64,000 nucleotides of DNA from Mobula hypostoma (lineage: Eukaryota). Position 1 is the stretch's first letter, and each line of letters starts with the position of its first letter. The translations under genes and the position numbers were made by a program. Of the stretch, positions 40,060 through 51,885 are shown in pieces. The stretch is taken from the NCBI RefSeq assembly GCF_963921235.1, contig NC_086097.1, forward strand, positions 229,836,001 to 229,900,000, read 5' to 3'. A model generated the notes under the pieces. It did not search any database, was not told the DNA's origin, and saw only the letters and a list, made by a program, of their open reading frames with translations.

Positions 40060-40462
40060 TAATTTGCAGGTACAAGAAAAAAGTAGGGGAATAGCATTGA
40101 ATAGACTGGTCTATGAATGATGGACCAGATGACCTCTTCAATGTTTGAATTCTTCTATGACTGCGTCACGCAGATGAGTAGTTTTTAGTGGCACAACTGC
40201 ACTGGTCATTTGCTTTCGTAACCTTCACATGATGCAAAGATCCAAGGTACATTTATTATCAAAGTATGCATGCAATATACAACCCTGAGATTCGTCTTCC
40301 CCAGACAGTCACAACATAAAGAAACACTGTGAACTTGTTCAAATAAAAATATCAAACCCCCAACGTGCAAAAAGAAAGAACAAAGCATACAAACAGCGAA
40401 AAAAAAGTGAAAAATACATAACATAAAACATCAAACAACAAAGAAATTGAAACAGTTTAGTT

Positions 40463-40904
40463 ATATTCCGTCTGGGTAGCCTCCAACCTGTTGGCATGAA
40501 CACTGACTTCTCTAACTTCCACTAATGCCCCACCTCCCCCTCGTACCCCATCCGTTATTTATATACACACATTCTTTCTCTCACTCTCTCTCCTTTTTCT
40601 CCCTCTGTCCCTCTGACTATACCCCTTGCCCATCCTCCCCTTTTCCTTCTCCCTGGGCCTCCTGTCCCATGATCCTCTCATATCCCTTTTGCCAATCACC
40701 TGTCCAGCTCTTGGCTCCATCCCTCCCCCTCCTGTCTTCTCCTATCATTTTGGATCTCCCCCTCCCCCTCCCACTTTCAAATCTCTTACTAGCTCTTCCT
40801 TCAATTAGTCTTGACGAAGGGTCTCGGCCTGAAACGTCGACTGTACCTCCTCCTAGAGATGCTGCCTGGCCTGCTGCGTTCACCAGCAACTTTGATGTGT
40901 GTTG
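40463..40904 (+). mobile_element. Penelope-like element 3' end (endonuclease C-terminus, pyrimidine-rich UTR, hammerhead with C3U)
   Basis: IFRLGSLQPVGMNTDFSNFH* at 40463-40525; UAGUC UUGACGA AGGGUCUCGGCCU GAAAC GUC GACUG at 40806-40843. Confidence 0.85.
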
Positions 40905-41279
40905 CAGTCTAGTTCAGTTCAGTTTAATTTAGCACTCTGTTGGCCATTAACTGCAAGCCGTAGAGCCAGTCTAGATTGTACAAAATAGGAATTTTAAAAA
41001 GTAGTAACTAGAAACCAGAACCACATCATAACATGAACTACAGAGTCCAATCCACAAACCGTATTGATTAAACCTTGCCCAAGACCCAGGACTCCAGCAC
41101 CATCCTCCGGCAACAATGAGCAAGAGGGAGAGAGAGACTGGTCAAATGCAGACACTCTCCTCCGGGAGCAACGAGCAAAAGTGAGAGAAAGAGCTGATGT
41201 CGGTATCCTACCCATCTGTGCAGAATGGATACTCATTCTTAATATTGGACAAATATCAGCACCATAAAAACGATGTTAT

Positions 41280-41317
41280 AAGTCCTGATGAAGGTTCTCG
41301 GCCTGAAACGTCAACTT
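41280..41317 (+). ncRNA. Minimal hammerhead ribozyme motif, core intact
   Basis: AAGUC CUGAUGA AGGU UCUCG GCCU GAAAC GUC AACUU; one mismatch in helix I. Confidence 0.7.
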
Positions 41318-41875
41318 TTTACTCTTTTCCATAGATGCTACCTGATCTGCTGAGTTATGGCTCTACTGCCGCGATGAGGCCACATTCAGGTTGGGGAGCA
41401 ACACCTTAAATTCTGTCCGGTTGGTAGCCTCCAACCTGATGGCATGGCCATCAACTTCTCGAAATTCCAGTAATGCCCCCCACCTCACCATTCCCCGTTC
41501 CCATTTCTCTCTCTCATATTATCTCCTTACTTGCCCATCACCTCTCTCAGGTGCTCCTCCCCCTTCTCTTTCTTCCATGGCCTTCTGTCCTCTCCTATCA
41601 GATTCTCCCTTCTCCAGCCCTGTATCTCTTTCACCAATTGACTTCTCAGCTCTTTACATCACTTCCTCCCCCTTTCCTGGTTTCACCGATCACCTGCCAC
41701 CTTGTACTTCTTCCTCCCCTCCCCCCAACTTCTTACTCTGACTTCTCATCTCTTTTTTACCAGTCCTGAAGAAGGGTCTCGGCCCAAAAGGTTGACTGTT
41801 TACTCTTTTCCATAGATGATGCCCGGTTTGCTGAGTTCCTTCGGCATTTTCCAGCAGCCGTAGATTATCTCATGT
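41280..41875 (+). mobile_element. Penelope-like partial tandem with two direct-oriented hammerheads
   Basis: Hammerhead plus tail at 41280-41356, then LYCRDEATFRL..EQHL..GSLQPDGMAINFSKFQ*, UTR, and a second decayed hammerhead at 41761-41798. Confidence 0.8.
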
Positions 41876-44027
41876 ATGGATACCCATGGCTGCTTGGATT
41901 TGAGCTGTTTATTGAAGTGCCAATTAAGAGTCCTGTGGAAGATTGGCAAGAACCCATTGGGTCCAATGCACATCTTATTGCTTGATTCCCTTGATATACC
42001 TGAGCAAGTTGTACCTGTCAGGAGGCATCGTTAAGTTCAAATTTATACTATCTCAACTTCTTAATATTGCTCTGGATTCCTAGTATCTGCAGATTGTCTT
42101 GTGTGGGGATGCCATGGATCTGAGCTGTTTACTGAAGTACCAATAAAGAGCTCTGGCAAGAACTCATTAAATACTAGCACCATAAAAATAAAAGTGTTAT
42201 TACATGTTGATGTATAGAGATCAAGATTAAGTGTTATACTTTGCATCCCTATAATTGTGCTTGCATCAAATCATACAATGATCGATCAGAATTCAGAAAA
42301 GATCTCCCTTTCTCAATGCTCCACCATATGTGACTTCTAAATCAGGTTATGCAAGTAAGTCGTCACTCCCAGGCAACTCTAGACACCAGTCAACTGTTTA
42401 TTCCTCTTCATAGATGCTGCCTGACTTGCTGAGTTCCTCCAGCATTTTAAGTCCGTTGCTCTAAATTTCCTGCATCTGCAGAATCTCCTGTGTTCGCGTC
42501 TGTTGTAACTCTGCACAGCAACATTCTAAACCAATCCACCACCTCAGCAACAGCTGAGCGACACAGATGAGTCACAGAGTGAATAGTGGGAAATCTATGC
42601 TACGTTCTGCAGTTGCAGTGTGTATACAAACAGAGAAAAGTGAGAAAGAAACTGCAAAGCCAGTGCGAGAAAGCACACATCCAGCAGAACAATGGGTACA
42701 GCTTGCCCACAGCACAATAATAAGCGCACGAAAATTTAATTTTAGGGTAACACACACAAAATACTGGAGGAACTCAGCAGTTCAGGCAACATAGACAGAA
42801 ATTAATAGTCGACGTTTCCAGCCAACACCCTTCTTTAGCACTCAAGGTGATTTTAAGGTAATTGGTGAAGAGTATAGAGGGGATATCAGAAGTAAGTTTT
42901 TATTTACACAGAGAGTGATAGGTGGAACGCACTGCCAGGGGTGTTGGTAGAGGCAGATACATTAGGGACATTTAACAGACTCTTAGGTAGGCACACGGAT
43001 GAAAGAAGAAGTGCACGAGACGTGGTCGCAGACCAAGTTGGTGTCGCTGTTGGATGTGGAGAGGAGTCAATGTGGAAGGGTTTCGATGCACATCCGCCTA
43101 ATCCGGTTGCAAGGCTGGATCGCTCCAAGTGCGGGGCCGATTTGGTGACCCATCTGTGCTGCCCAAACATGTCACTGCGCCAGGATCTGGGTCTTAGAGC
43201 GAAGCACTGTCTGGTGCTTGGACAAGTTAAACATCGGTCCAAGGAGACTAGAAAGCCCGAGTGCCAGGACCAGAGGAGAGGGCCGGGCTGATTTTGCTCG
43301 CTCTCCTCCTCCTCAGTGCAGTGGTCATGATCTTTCTGTTTTTTAATTTGGGTTCTTCAGGTTTCTTGCTTTGTGGCTGCCTGTAAGCAAACAAATCTCA
43401 AGGTGTATAATTTATACATTCTTTGATAGTAAATGTACTTTGAGTCTTTATCACAGAGATTGTCTGAAAGATGACTGAACTAACATCATCCAGGATAATT
43501 CTCTTGACAATGCACTGACCTTCTTTAATGACAATTCGATTTGTAATTCGAAGTGACAGGTCTCCATCACTGCTGCAAAAATTAAATTATGTAACACAAC
43601 ATTCCTTTCATGGCATATGCACACATGTACATTTCACTAAATGCCTGGCAAATGTCACATTTCAAACAATCGACAAAGAGATAAGAATCATGTCATTTCC
43701 TACAGATTTCATCTGGCTGGATCTTTATAGACAGATGTTTTTATTTCCAACCAATCCACTGGGACTGGTCTGGTTCAAGAAGGCGATTCAACATCACGTT
43801 CTCAACGATGACAGGGGTGAACAAGAACAGTATAACTGCACCAGCCACTCAGGGGCTAATTGAAGAGCAACGACTCTGTCTTTGTACAGACACAATGAGG
43901 TTTAACTCCAATTCCTTCTTTTTGTATTTGCATGGTTTGTTATCACTTGCACACTGGTTAAACGCCCAAGTTGGTACAGTCTTTCACTGGTTCTATTATG
44001 GTTCTAATTCTATTGTGGATTTACTGA

Positions 44028-44531
44028 AGCAACACACATCAAAGTTGCTGGTGAACGCAGCAGGCCAGGCAGCATCTCTAGGAAGAGGTACATTGACTTC
44101 TCTAACTTCCGCTAATGCCCCACCTCCCCCTCGTACCCCATCCGTTATTTATTTTTATACACACATTCTTTCTCTCACTCTCCTTTTTCTCCCTCTGTCC
44201 CTCTGACTATACCCCTTGCCCATTCTCTGGGTTTCTCCCCCCCACCTTTCCTTCTCCCTGGGCCTCCTGTCCCATGATCCTCTCATATCCCTTTTGCCAC
44301 ATACCTGTCCAGCTCTTGGCTCCATCCCTCCCCCTCCTGTCTTCTCCTATCATTTTGGATCTCCCCCTCTCAAATCTCTTACTAGCTCTTGCTTCAGTTA
44401 GTCCTGACGAAGGGTCTCGGCCCGAAACGTCAACTGTACCTCTTCCTAGAGATGCTGCCTGGCCTGCTGCATTCACCAGTAACTTTGATGTGTGTTGCTT
44501 GAATTTCCAGCATCTGCAGATTTCCTCATGT
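44028..44531 (+). mobile_element. Penelope-like insert with inverted 5' end and 15-bp TSD
   Basis: TSD ttgtggatttactga at 44013-44027 and 44532-44546; the first ~64 bp are the reverse complement of ~44435-44499; body nearly identical to 40505-40904. Confidence 0.88.
44399..44436 (+). ncRNA. Minimal hammerhead ribozyme motif, core intact
   Basis: UAGUC CUGACGA A GGGU CUCG GCCC GAAAC GUC AACUG. Confidence 0.75.
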
Positions 44532-45229
44532 TTGTGGATTTACTGAGTTTGCCTGCAAGGAAATGAATCTTGAGAGTTGTGTACAGTGACATATATGTTT
44601 TTGTGTGTTAGTACAACAAAGCACAGAATCACCTTGAAACATAACAAAGGCTACAAAAAGCACTGGCCCGAGTGAGTTTCTCTCTATCATATTAACCGTT
44701 TTACGAATCAGTTGTATTAATCTCTGGCAGACCTTTTCAACTGTTCTATCGCTTTGTAACACCTGGAGTCTGCAGGTGCTGAGGTGAGCCCCAGAAAGAA
44801 ATGTTCATACTTTAGGAGACCCCCGTCTACTACACAACATTTAAAGCAACTGGTTCTCTCGCGAACACAGACTTCAAACTGGGCATTCACTCCCACCAGG
44901 GAACAGGTGCACAGGTACTGACAGGGATTTCCGCAGGCAACAACTTGCCTGCGATTTCAGACTCAGAGCACAGGGACTGGCTGTCAGAGACCTAAATGAA
45001 CAGACGGCTTTCGTTGTCGAACAGTTGTGCAGACACAGCTTGTCACAGGTGAACACTTACAGAGCCACTGGCCTCTGCTGGGATACAAATGCACTTACAC
45101 GTCAGTGCAGATCACCACACACACACAAGCACTGGTGTATACAAGAACTCAGCTTCACCAGGGTGATTCTCACGGGCAAAGTTTGACGCCCACTGATTGG
45201 TAAAACAAGCAAGTAAAGCAAACATTAAC

Positions 45230-46385
45230 ACCCACTGGGAACAATGGCAGAGGCAGTAATGTCCACTGGGTTCAGTGCCACAGACTGTAACATCCACTGG
45301 GATCAGTGGCAGAGACAGTAACACCCACTGGGAACAGTGACAGACTGTAACATCCACTGGGAGCAGGGGCACAGCCAGTAATGTCCACTGGGAACAGCGC
45401 CAGAGACAGTAACGCCCACTGGGAACAGTGGCAGAGACAGTAACACCCACTGGGAACAGTGGCAGAGACAGTAATACCCACTGGGAACAGTGACAGACTG
45501 TAACACCCACTGGGAACAGTGCCAGAGACAGTAACGCCCACTGGGAACAGTGGCAGAGACAGTAATGCCCACTGGGAACAGTGACAGACTGTAACATCCA
45601 CTGGGAACAGCGCCAGAGACAGTAACGCCCACTGGGAACAGTGGCAGAGACAGTAACATCCACTGGGAACAGTGACAGACTGTAACATCCACTGGGAACA
45701 GCGCCAGAGACAGTAACGCCCACTGGGAACAGCGCCAGAGACAGTAACATCCACTGGGAACAGTGGCAGAGACAGTAACACCCACTGGGAACAGTGGCAG
45801 AGGCAGTAATACCCACTGGGAACAGTGACAGACTGTAACACCCACTGGGAACAGTGCCAGAGACAGTAACGCCCACTGGGAACAGTGGCAGAGACAGTAA
45901 TGCCCACTGGGAACAGTGACAGACTGTAACATCCACTGGGAACAGCGCCAGAGACAGTAACGCCCACTGGGAACAGTGGCAGAGACAGTAACATCCACTG
46001 GGAACAGTGACAGACTGTAACATCCACTGGGAACAGCGCCAGAGACAGTAACGCCCACTGGGAACAGCGCCAGAGACAGTAACATCCACTGGGAACAGTG
46101 GCAGAGACAGTAACACCCACTGGGAACAGTGGCAGAGGCAGTAATACCCACTGGGAACAGTGACAGACTGTAACATCCACTGGGAACAGCGCCAGAGACA
46201 GTAACGCCCACTGGGAACAGTGGCAGAGACAGTAATACCCACTGGGAACAGTGACAGACTGTAACATCCACTGGGAACAGTGCCAGAGACAGTAATGCCC
46301 ACTGGGAACAGTGGCAGAGACAGTAACATCCACTGGGAACAGTGGCAGAGACAGTAACACCCACTGGGAAGAGAGGCACAGACAG
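45230..46385. repeat. Minisatellite, 31/29-bp units, ~37 copies, 335-bp higher-order repeat
   Basis: Units cccactgggaacagtggcagagacagtaaca (31) and cccactgggaacagtgacagactgtaaca (29); marker gtaatacccactgggaacagtgacag recurs at 45471, 45806, 46141. Confidence 0.95.
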
Positions 46386-46767
46386 TGACTCCCGTGGGTG
46401 ATTGTTGTATGGGCATTGACTCTGACAAACAATTACTCAGGCACTAACTGTTACAGTTGCTCAGATACTGATCCTCCACTGCATAATTGTTCAGAAGTGA
46501 GCCTCAGAGACTGCAAGTAATTCCTGAGTGGGAGCAACTATTTATTTAATTGTTCTCCTGGGAGACTCAGTGTTACCCAACTGCTCCTTAAAGCCAGTCA
46601 GCACCTGTAGAACTGTATGCCGGGGGGGGAAGGGGTCAATGTTTGTGTAACTACACCAGTGAGAATCTAACACCTATGTAGCTCTTCAGCAACGAATCAG
46701 TGACAGTCCCACAGTCAGTGGCTCCCACTAGGGAACTCTAAGTTCCACTGGTGCGCGGCGCCAGAGG

Positions 46768-47700
46768 CACTGACTCTCACCGGGGAATGATTACACAGAC
46801 ACTGACTCTCACTGGGGAAAGATTACACAGACACTGACTCTCACCGGGGAACGATTACACAGAGACTGACTCTCACCGGGGAACGATTACACAGACACTG
46901 ACTCTCACTGGGGAAAGATTACACAGACACTGACTCTCACCGGGGAATGATTACACAGACACTGACTCTCACCGGGGAACGATTACACAGACACTGACTC
47001 TCACCGGGGAATGATTACACAGACACTGACTCTCACCGGGGAACGATTACACAGACACTGACTCTCACCGGGGAACGATTACACAGACACTGACTCTCAC
47101 CGGGGAACGATTACACAGACACTGACTCTCACCGGGGAATGATTACACAGACACTGACTCTCACCGGGGAATGATTACACAGACACTGACTCTCACCGGG
47201 GAACGATTACACAGACACTGACTCTCACCGGGGAACGATTACACAGAGACTGACTCTCACCGGGGAACGATTACACAGAGACTGACTCTCACTGGGGAAA
47301 GATTACACAGACACTGACTCTCACCGGGGAACGATTACACAGAGACTGACTCTCACCGGGGAACGATTACACAGACACTGACTCTCACCGGGGAACGATT
47401 ACACAGAGACTGACTCTCACCGGGGAACGATTACACAGAGACTGACTCTCACCGGGGAACGATTACACAGAGACTGACTCTCACCGGGGAACGATTACAC
47501 AGAGACTGACTCTCACCGGGGAATGATTACACAGAGACTGACTCTCACCGGGGAACGATTACACAGAGACTGACTCTCACCGGGGAATGATTACACAGAC
47601 ACTGACTCTCACTGGGGAACGATTACACAGACACCGACTCTCACTGGGGAATGTTTACACCGACACCGACTCTCACTGGGTACACGTACAGTGGCACTGA
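46768..47700. repeat. Minisatellite, 32-bp unit, ~28 copies
   Basis: Unit actgactctcaccggggaacgattacacagac; period 32 (46801 to 46833). Confidence 0.95.
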
Positions 47701-48624
47701 CCCTCACTAGAGAACAGCGTTTCAGGTGCGCCCTCGTGCTGGATCATATGTGCTCACTTTCACCGAGGAACGGCTGTGTGCAGACAGATTCTCAGAGGTG
47801 GACACCGACCCTCAATATACAAAGATTCAAATAACATGTATTATCAGGGGTGCATAAATTATACACCTTGAGATTTGTTTGCTAACAGGCAGCCACTAAC
47901 CACTGCTCTGAGTAAGAGGGAAGAACACACACAAACAAACTCATCATACGAACAACAGAAGTAAACGACAGCATTCCGAACCAGAACAAGTCCTTAGATC
48001 CACTCCCCAGATCACCTGGAGTAGGCCCAAGCCTCGGTCTCAGTTCATCATATTAGCGGACGAAACTGGCAGGGACGACAGCCGTCGGAGCAGTGCACAG
48101 CCTCGGTGCTTCCAGAAGCATAAGCACTCAACAACAGTGGCATAGCCTCTGAATCCCAGTGAAGTACAGTTGCAAAGACAGATACCAGAGCATAAAACCC
48201 ACACTCAACACTTTCAGAAAAACTTCTTCCCCTCTGCCATCAGATTTCTGAACCCATGGACACTCCCTCACTATTCTTCTTTTGAACCGCCTACCTATTT
48301 ATTATTGTACCTCATAGTAATTCGTTATGAGGTAAACTGCACTGTACTGCTGCCACAAAACAACATATTTCACAACTTATGCTCAGTAACTATGAAACTG
48401 ATTCCGATGTACTTGTGTCAGATTCCAGCACCAGATTACAATGACTAAGCTAAAGAAAACTTCGAAATAAAGTCCTTACAACATTATCTACTCAAGCTTC
48501 TGTCATCATTAAATCCCACTTTAACTCCTTACTAAAAGATAATAAATTTCCTTCTCAACAAGAGTGGTGCAGTCCTCCAAAGTACAATGGAATAAGTTAG
48601 TCTCTTCATGAAAGACCTCCAAGA

Positions 48625-49015
48625 GGACTACCACCTTGTCGTTGGGTCTGGAGGCTTGTTATCTTCAATGACCTGGGGAGCTATGATGGCCGGTCAGGTC
48701 TTTAAGCTTTGGCTCTTGGTAGGGTCACCCATGCCAAACAGGTCAAAGGGTGGAAGCCAGACTAAGAGTGGTCCACCGGTCCTCCAGGTTCAGGGGTTCT
48801 GCTCAGGGCTAACAACCCTGACTGGTAAATTGTTACAGAAACAGCAATGAAGAACCCTTCTACATCTGAGTGCGACGGTATTCCCGAGCCTCCACTCAGG
48901 ACTTGCAGGAGTGAATACTGATAGGGTGTCACCAACGAAGGAAGCCCTGAGCATCACCAGAGATGGAGGCCCTTCATTGCCGCCCTGAACGCCAGTAGCG
49001 TAATGGACAGAAGGT
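48625..49015 (+). mobile_element. RTE-like LINE 5' UTR remnant
   Basis: ctaccaccttgtcgt..ggaggcttg..caatgacc..agctatg..agggtcaccca..aggtcaaaggg..ccagactaagagtggtcc layout resembles RTE 5' ends. Confidence 0.55.
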
Positions 49016-49129
49016 AAGTTCATAGAAGTACAAACTAAGTACCGGTCAGAGACCCTGAAAACTCTTACACTACACTTTACACCACACCGCCAAACAGTAT
49101 CCCCAGTGAAGGTTTATGGATTCCCCCTT

Positions 49130-49610
49130 ATTACTATAAATGGGCAACCATTCCAAGTTGGGGTTGGAGCTGGCTGAGTTTACAACTTTCTGCAGTTTTT
49201 ACCGATCTTGTGCAGTGGCCCCTCCTTATAAGATGGTAATGCAACCAGTCAGAATGCTCTCCATCTGTAGAAATTTGCGAGACTTTAATATCCTAACAAA
49301 CCTCCCCAAACTCCTGATGAAATATGGCCGCTGTTGTGCCTTGATATTGCATCAATATATTGGTCTTCAAAAATGTTGACAGCCAGGATCGTGGAATTGC
49401 TTATCCTTTCCACTGCTGATCCCTCGAGGACTGATGTGTGTTTCCTCAATTTCCCCTTCCTGAAATTCACAATCAATTCTTTGGTCTTCCTAACACTGAG
49501 TGCAAGGATGTTGTTGCATCACCACTCAACCAGCTGATCTATCCCACCTCTGTACACCTCCTCCTCACCACTAACAACAGCTGCGTCGTTGGCAAATTTA
49601 TAGGTGGTGC
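49130..49610 (-). mobile_element. Rex1/Babar RT fragment
   Basis: MIVNFRKGKLRKHTSVLEGSAVERI; KFANDAAVV on the minus strand. Confidence 0.7.
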
Positions 49611-49864
49611 TGGAGATGACCTTGACTTATACTTAAATAAAATTTGGATCTGCATTGCCTCTCCTTACATACTGTCCTGCCAGTATCTTCTGTCAAGGCC
49701 AAAGAGACAATATTTTCCTTTTAGCTTAATCCAAGAATGTCAGAAATCAGAGTCTATGCCCTGCTCCTGTGCTCTTCAAAAACTGGAAACGTTCGATGGC
49801 AAAAATAGAACAAGGCACTTGAGGAACAATCAAACTTTGTACCATATAGTTCAGCATGTGATTG

Positions 49865-50145
49865 GTTGAAGCCAAGTAATAGAGGCCATGGGTTAAGGGT
49901 GAAATGTGGCATGTTTAAGAGGAACATGAGGGGGAACTTCTTCACCCAGGGGGTGGTGACAGTGTGGAACAAGCTGCCAGCGGAAGTCGTGGATATAGGT
50001 TGGATTTCAACATTTAAGAGAAATTTGAATAGGTACATGGATGGCAGGGATATGGAGGGCTATGGTCCAGGAGCAGGTTGATGGGACTAAGCTGGACTAG
50101 ATGGGCCAAATGGCCTGTTGTGTGCTGAAGCGCACCATGGCTCTA
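49865..50145 (+). mobile_element. CR1 3' fragment
   Basis: RGHGLRVK..GNFFTQGVVTVWNKLP. Confidence 0.85.
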
Positions 50146-50639
50146 ATTCAGAATTCTATTCCCTTTGTTTATTTCAGACTGACAAAGATTTAAGTCTGAC
50201 TCTACTATCAATCCTGAATTCTTTCCAGCTTCATTTATTTCAGATTATTTGATCTATACATAAAGTACCAATTAATTAATCCGACAAGATCGAAGGTCAT
50301 TTTCCTGTCAGTATTTTACGCACTTGCTTCTATTAGTTGAACTCATTGTGAGTCCTAACTATAACCTTTGATTTAACCAATCATCCCTTCAAATGAATAT
50401 GCAACAAGGCTGCACAAAGTTCTTGAACCACAATTGTTAAATCATGGTACAACGAGCCTAACACTGCCCCTTCAAGTGACATCTTTGCCTTAATGAAAAC
50501 CCACTAATTTCTATCCTCAATCAGTTTCACTATAGTAATGAACTTTATCGAATGTTTCATGGAAATCTGGAAAGATAATGGCAAATAAACATCTTCAATG
50601 GTAACAGGCACTAACACTCCCTGAAAAGGACGTACAAAG

Positions 50640-50807
50640 AGGATACAATATAGTTGGTCAATAAAGGGACAGCAGACAGTTAATGGTAGACCCTTAATAG
50701 TGTTGATATAGAGATGGGTCTAGGACCATAGCTCCCTGAAAGCAGCTGCATAAGTTGATAGGGTAGTGTGACGATATCCTGAGTGATTCATTATGGACTG
50801 TGCTTTT

Positions 50808-50844
<37 letters not shown>

Positions 50845-51885
50845 GGCGAAGACTGCTCACAGTTTGTTTGGAATTTCTGCAAGGACACTGCCAGCTTCTG
50901 AGTTCCTACAGAGAGAGAAGGGAGGAGCTACTTGATGGACAGCTGGTGTTCAGCACAACAGTATTTAAATAGGCGTAATTGCCTGTTTCGCAGGACACGC
51001 GAACGCACTAAGGTGTGGTGATGTTACCACTGCTCTGTTCAGCTGCCCATGAGTGTGGGACTGAGGATCGATTGACAGGAATTGATCTGTGATTATTAGT
51101 GCGTGAAAGAGCGACCCTGTGGAGTCTACCTGTGTGTCTAACCCTTGCCTGGGTTGGTAGATTATCACTTGAAGACGGCGCTCTTAAGTTGGTCAAGTTT
51201 GGCTAACTTGGAAGTTTCGGAGGACAACAGGAAGAATCAATGGCATCGGCTTACGTGGACAACAAAACACCTCTCTATCTCTCCTCAATTCTACTCAACT
51301 CAATAACATGAACTGAACTGATTTCATTTACCTACCATTGTAAGACTGCATCACTTGCCACCTAAGCTTGAAGAAGTTTGGGTTTTATATTTCCACACCT
51401 ATATATATGCATAATCTCTGCTAACCTGTTTGATTTATCTGGTTTTATGTTACTTTATTACGTAGTTATTAATAAAATAGAATTCATTGAGAGCAGAACC
51501 AGGCTCCAGGTGTGTTCCATTTCTGCTGGTTCTTTAACCCGTTACAGAGTATGTAACAGTAGTTAAGAAGGTGTATGGCATGCTTGTCTTACTTAGTTGA
51601 GCCACTGAGTACAAGTGTCAAGAAGTTACGTCACTGGTTTATCAAACTGTTTAAGCCGTATCTGCATTCAATACTGGTCACCCCATTACAGGAAAGATAT
51701 GGGGGCTTTGGAGAGGGTGCAGAAAAGAGTCACCAGGATTAGAGAGAATGTGCTATAAAGGAGAGGTTAGACAAACATGGGTTGTTTTCTGTGGAGCGGC
51801 ATAGTCTAAGAGGAGACATGATAGAAGTTTACAAGATTATGAGAGGCACACATAGGCTGGACAGCCAGAAATCTTTTACTCCCAG
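50640..51885 (+). mobile_element. CR1 ORF2 fragment hosting a solo LTR
   Basis: ..gttgatagggtag | gtagttaagaaggtgtatggcatgcttg.. is continuous once the LTR is removed; WSPHYRKDMGALERVQK downstream. Confidence 0.8.
50767..51558 (+). mobile_element. Solo LTR (792 bp), 4-bp TSD
   Basis: TGTGAC...GTAACA ends; exact TSD GTAG at 50763-50766 and 51559-51562; TATTTAAA at ~50962, AATAAA at ~51471; internal (GA)n. Confidence 0.88.

Noticed and set aside
40525..44546. Repeated Pro/Leu/Ser-rich ORFs (MPHLPLVPHPLFI..)
   Set aside because: These are translations of the pyrimidine-rich Penelope-like 3' UTR, downstream of the real stop codon.
45112..46432. Three long minus-strand ORFs (438, 386, 358 aa)
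   Set aside because: The repeat unit has no stop codon on that strand, and 31/29-bp units cycle through frames, so all three frames give the same shuffled peptides. This is a minisatellite artefact.
45230..47700. CRISPR-like arrays
   Set aside because: Units are directly tandem with no unique spacers, there are no cas genes, and the context is eukaryotic.
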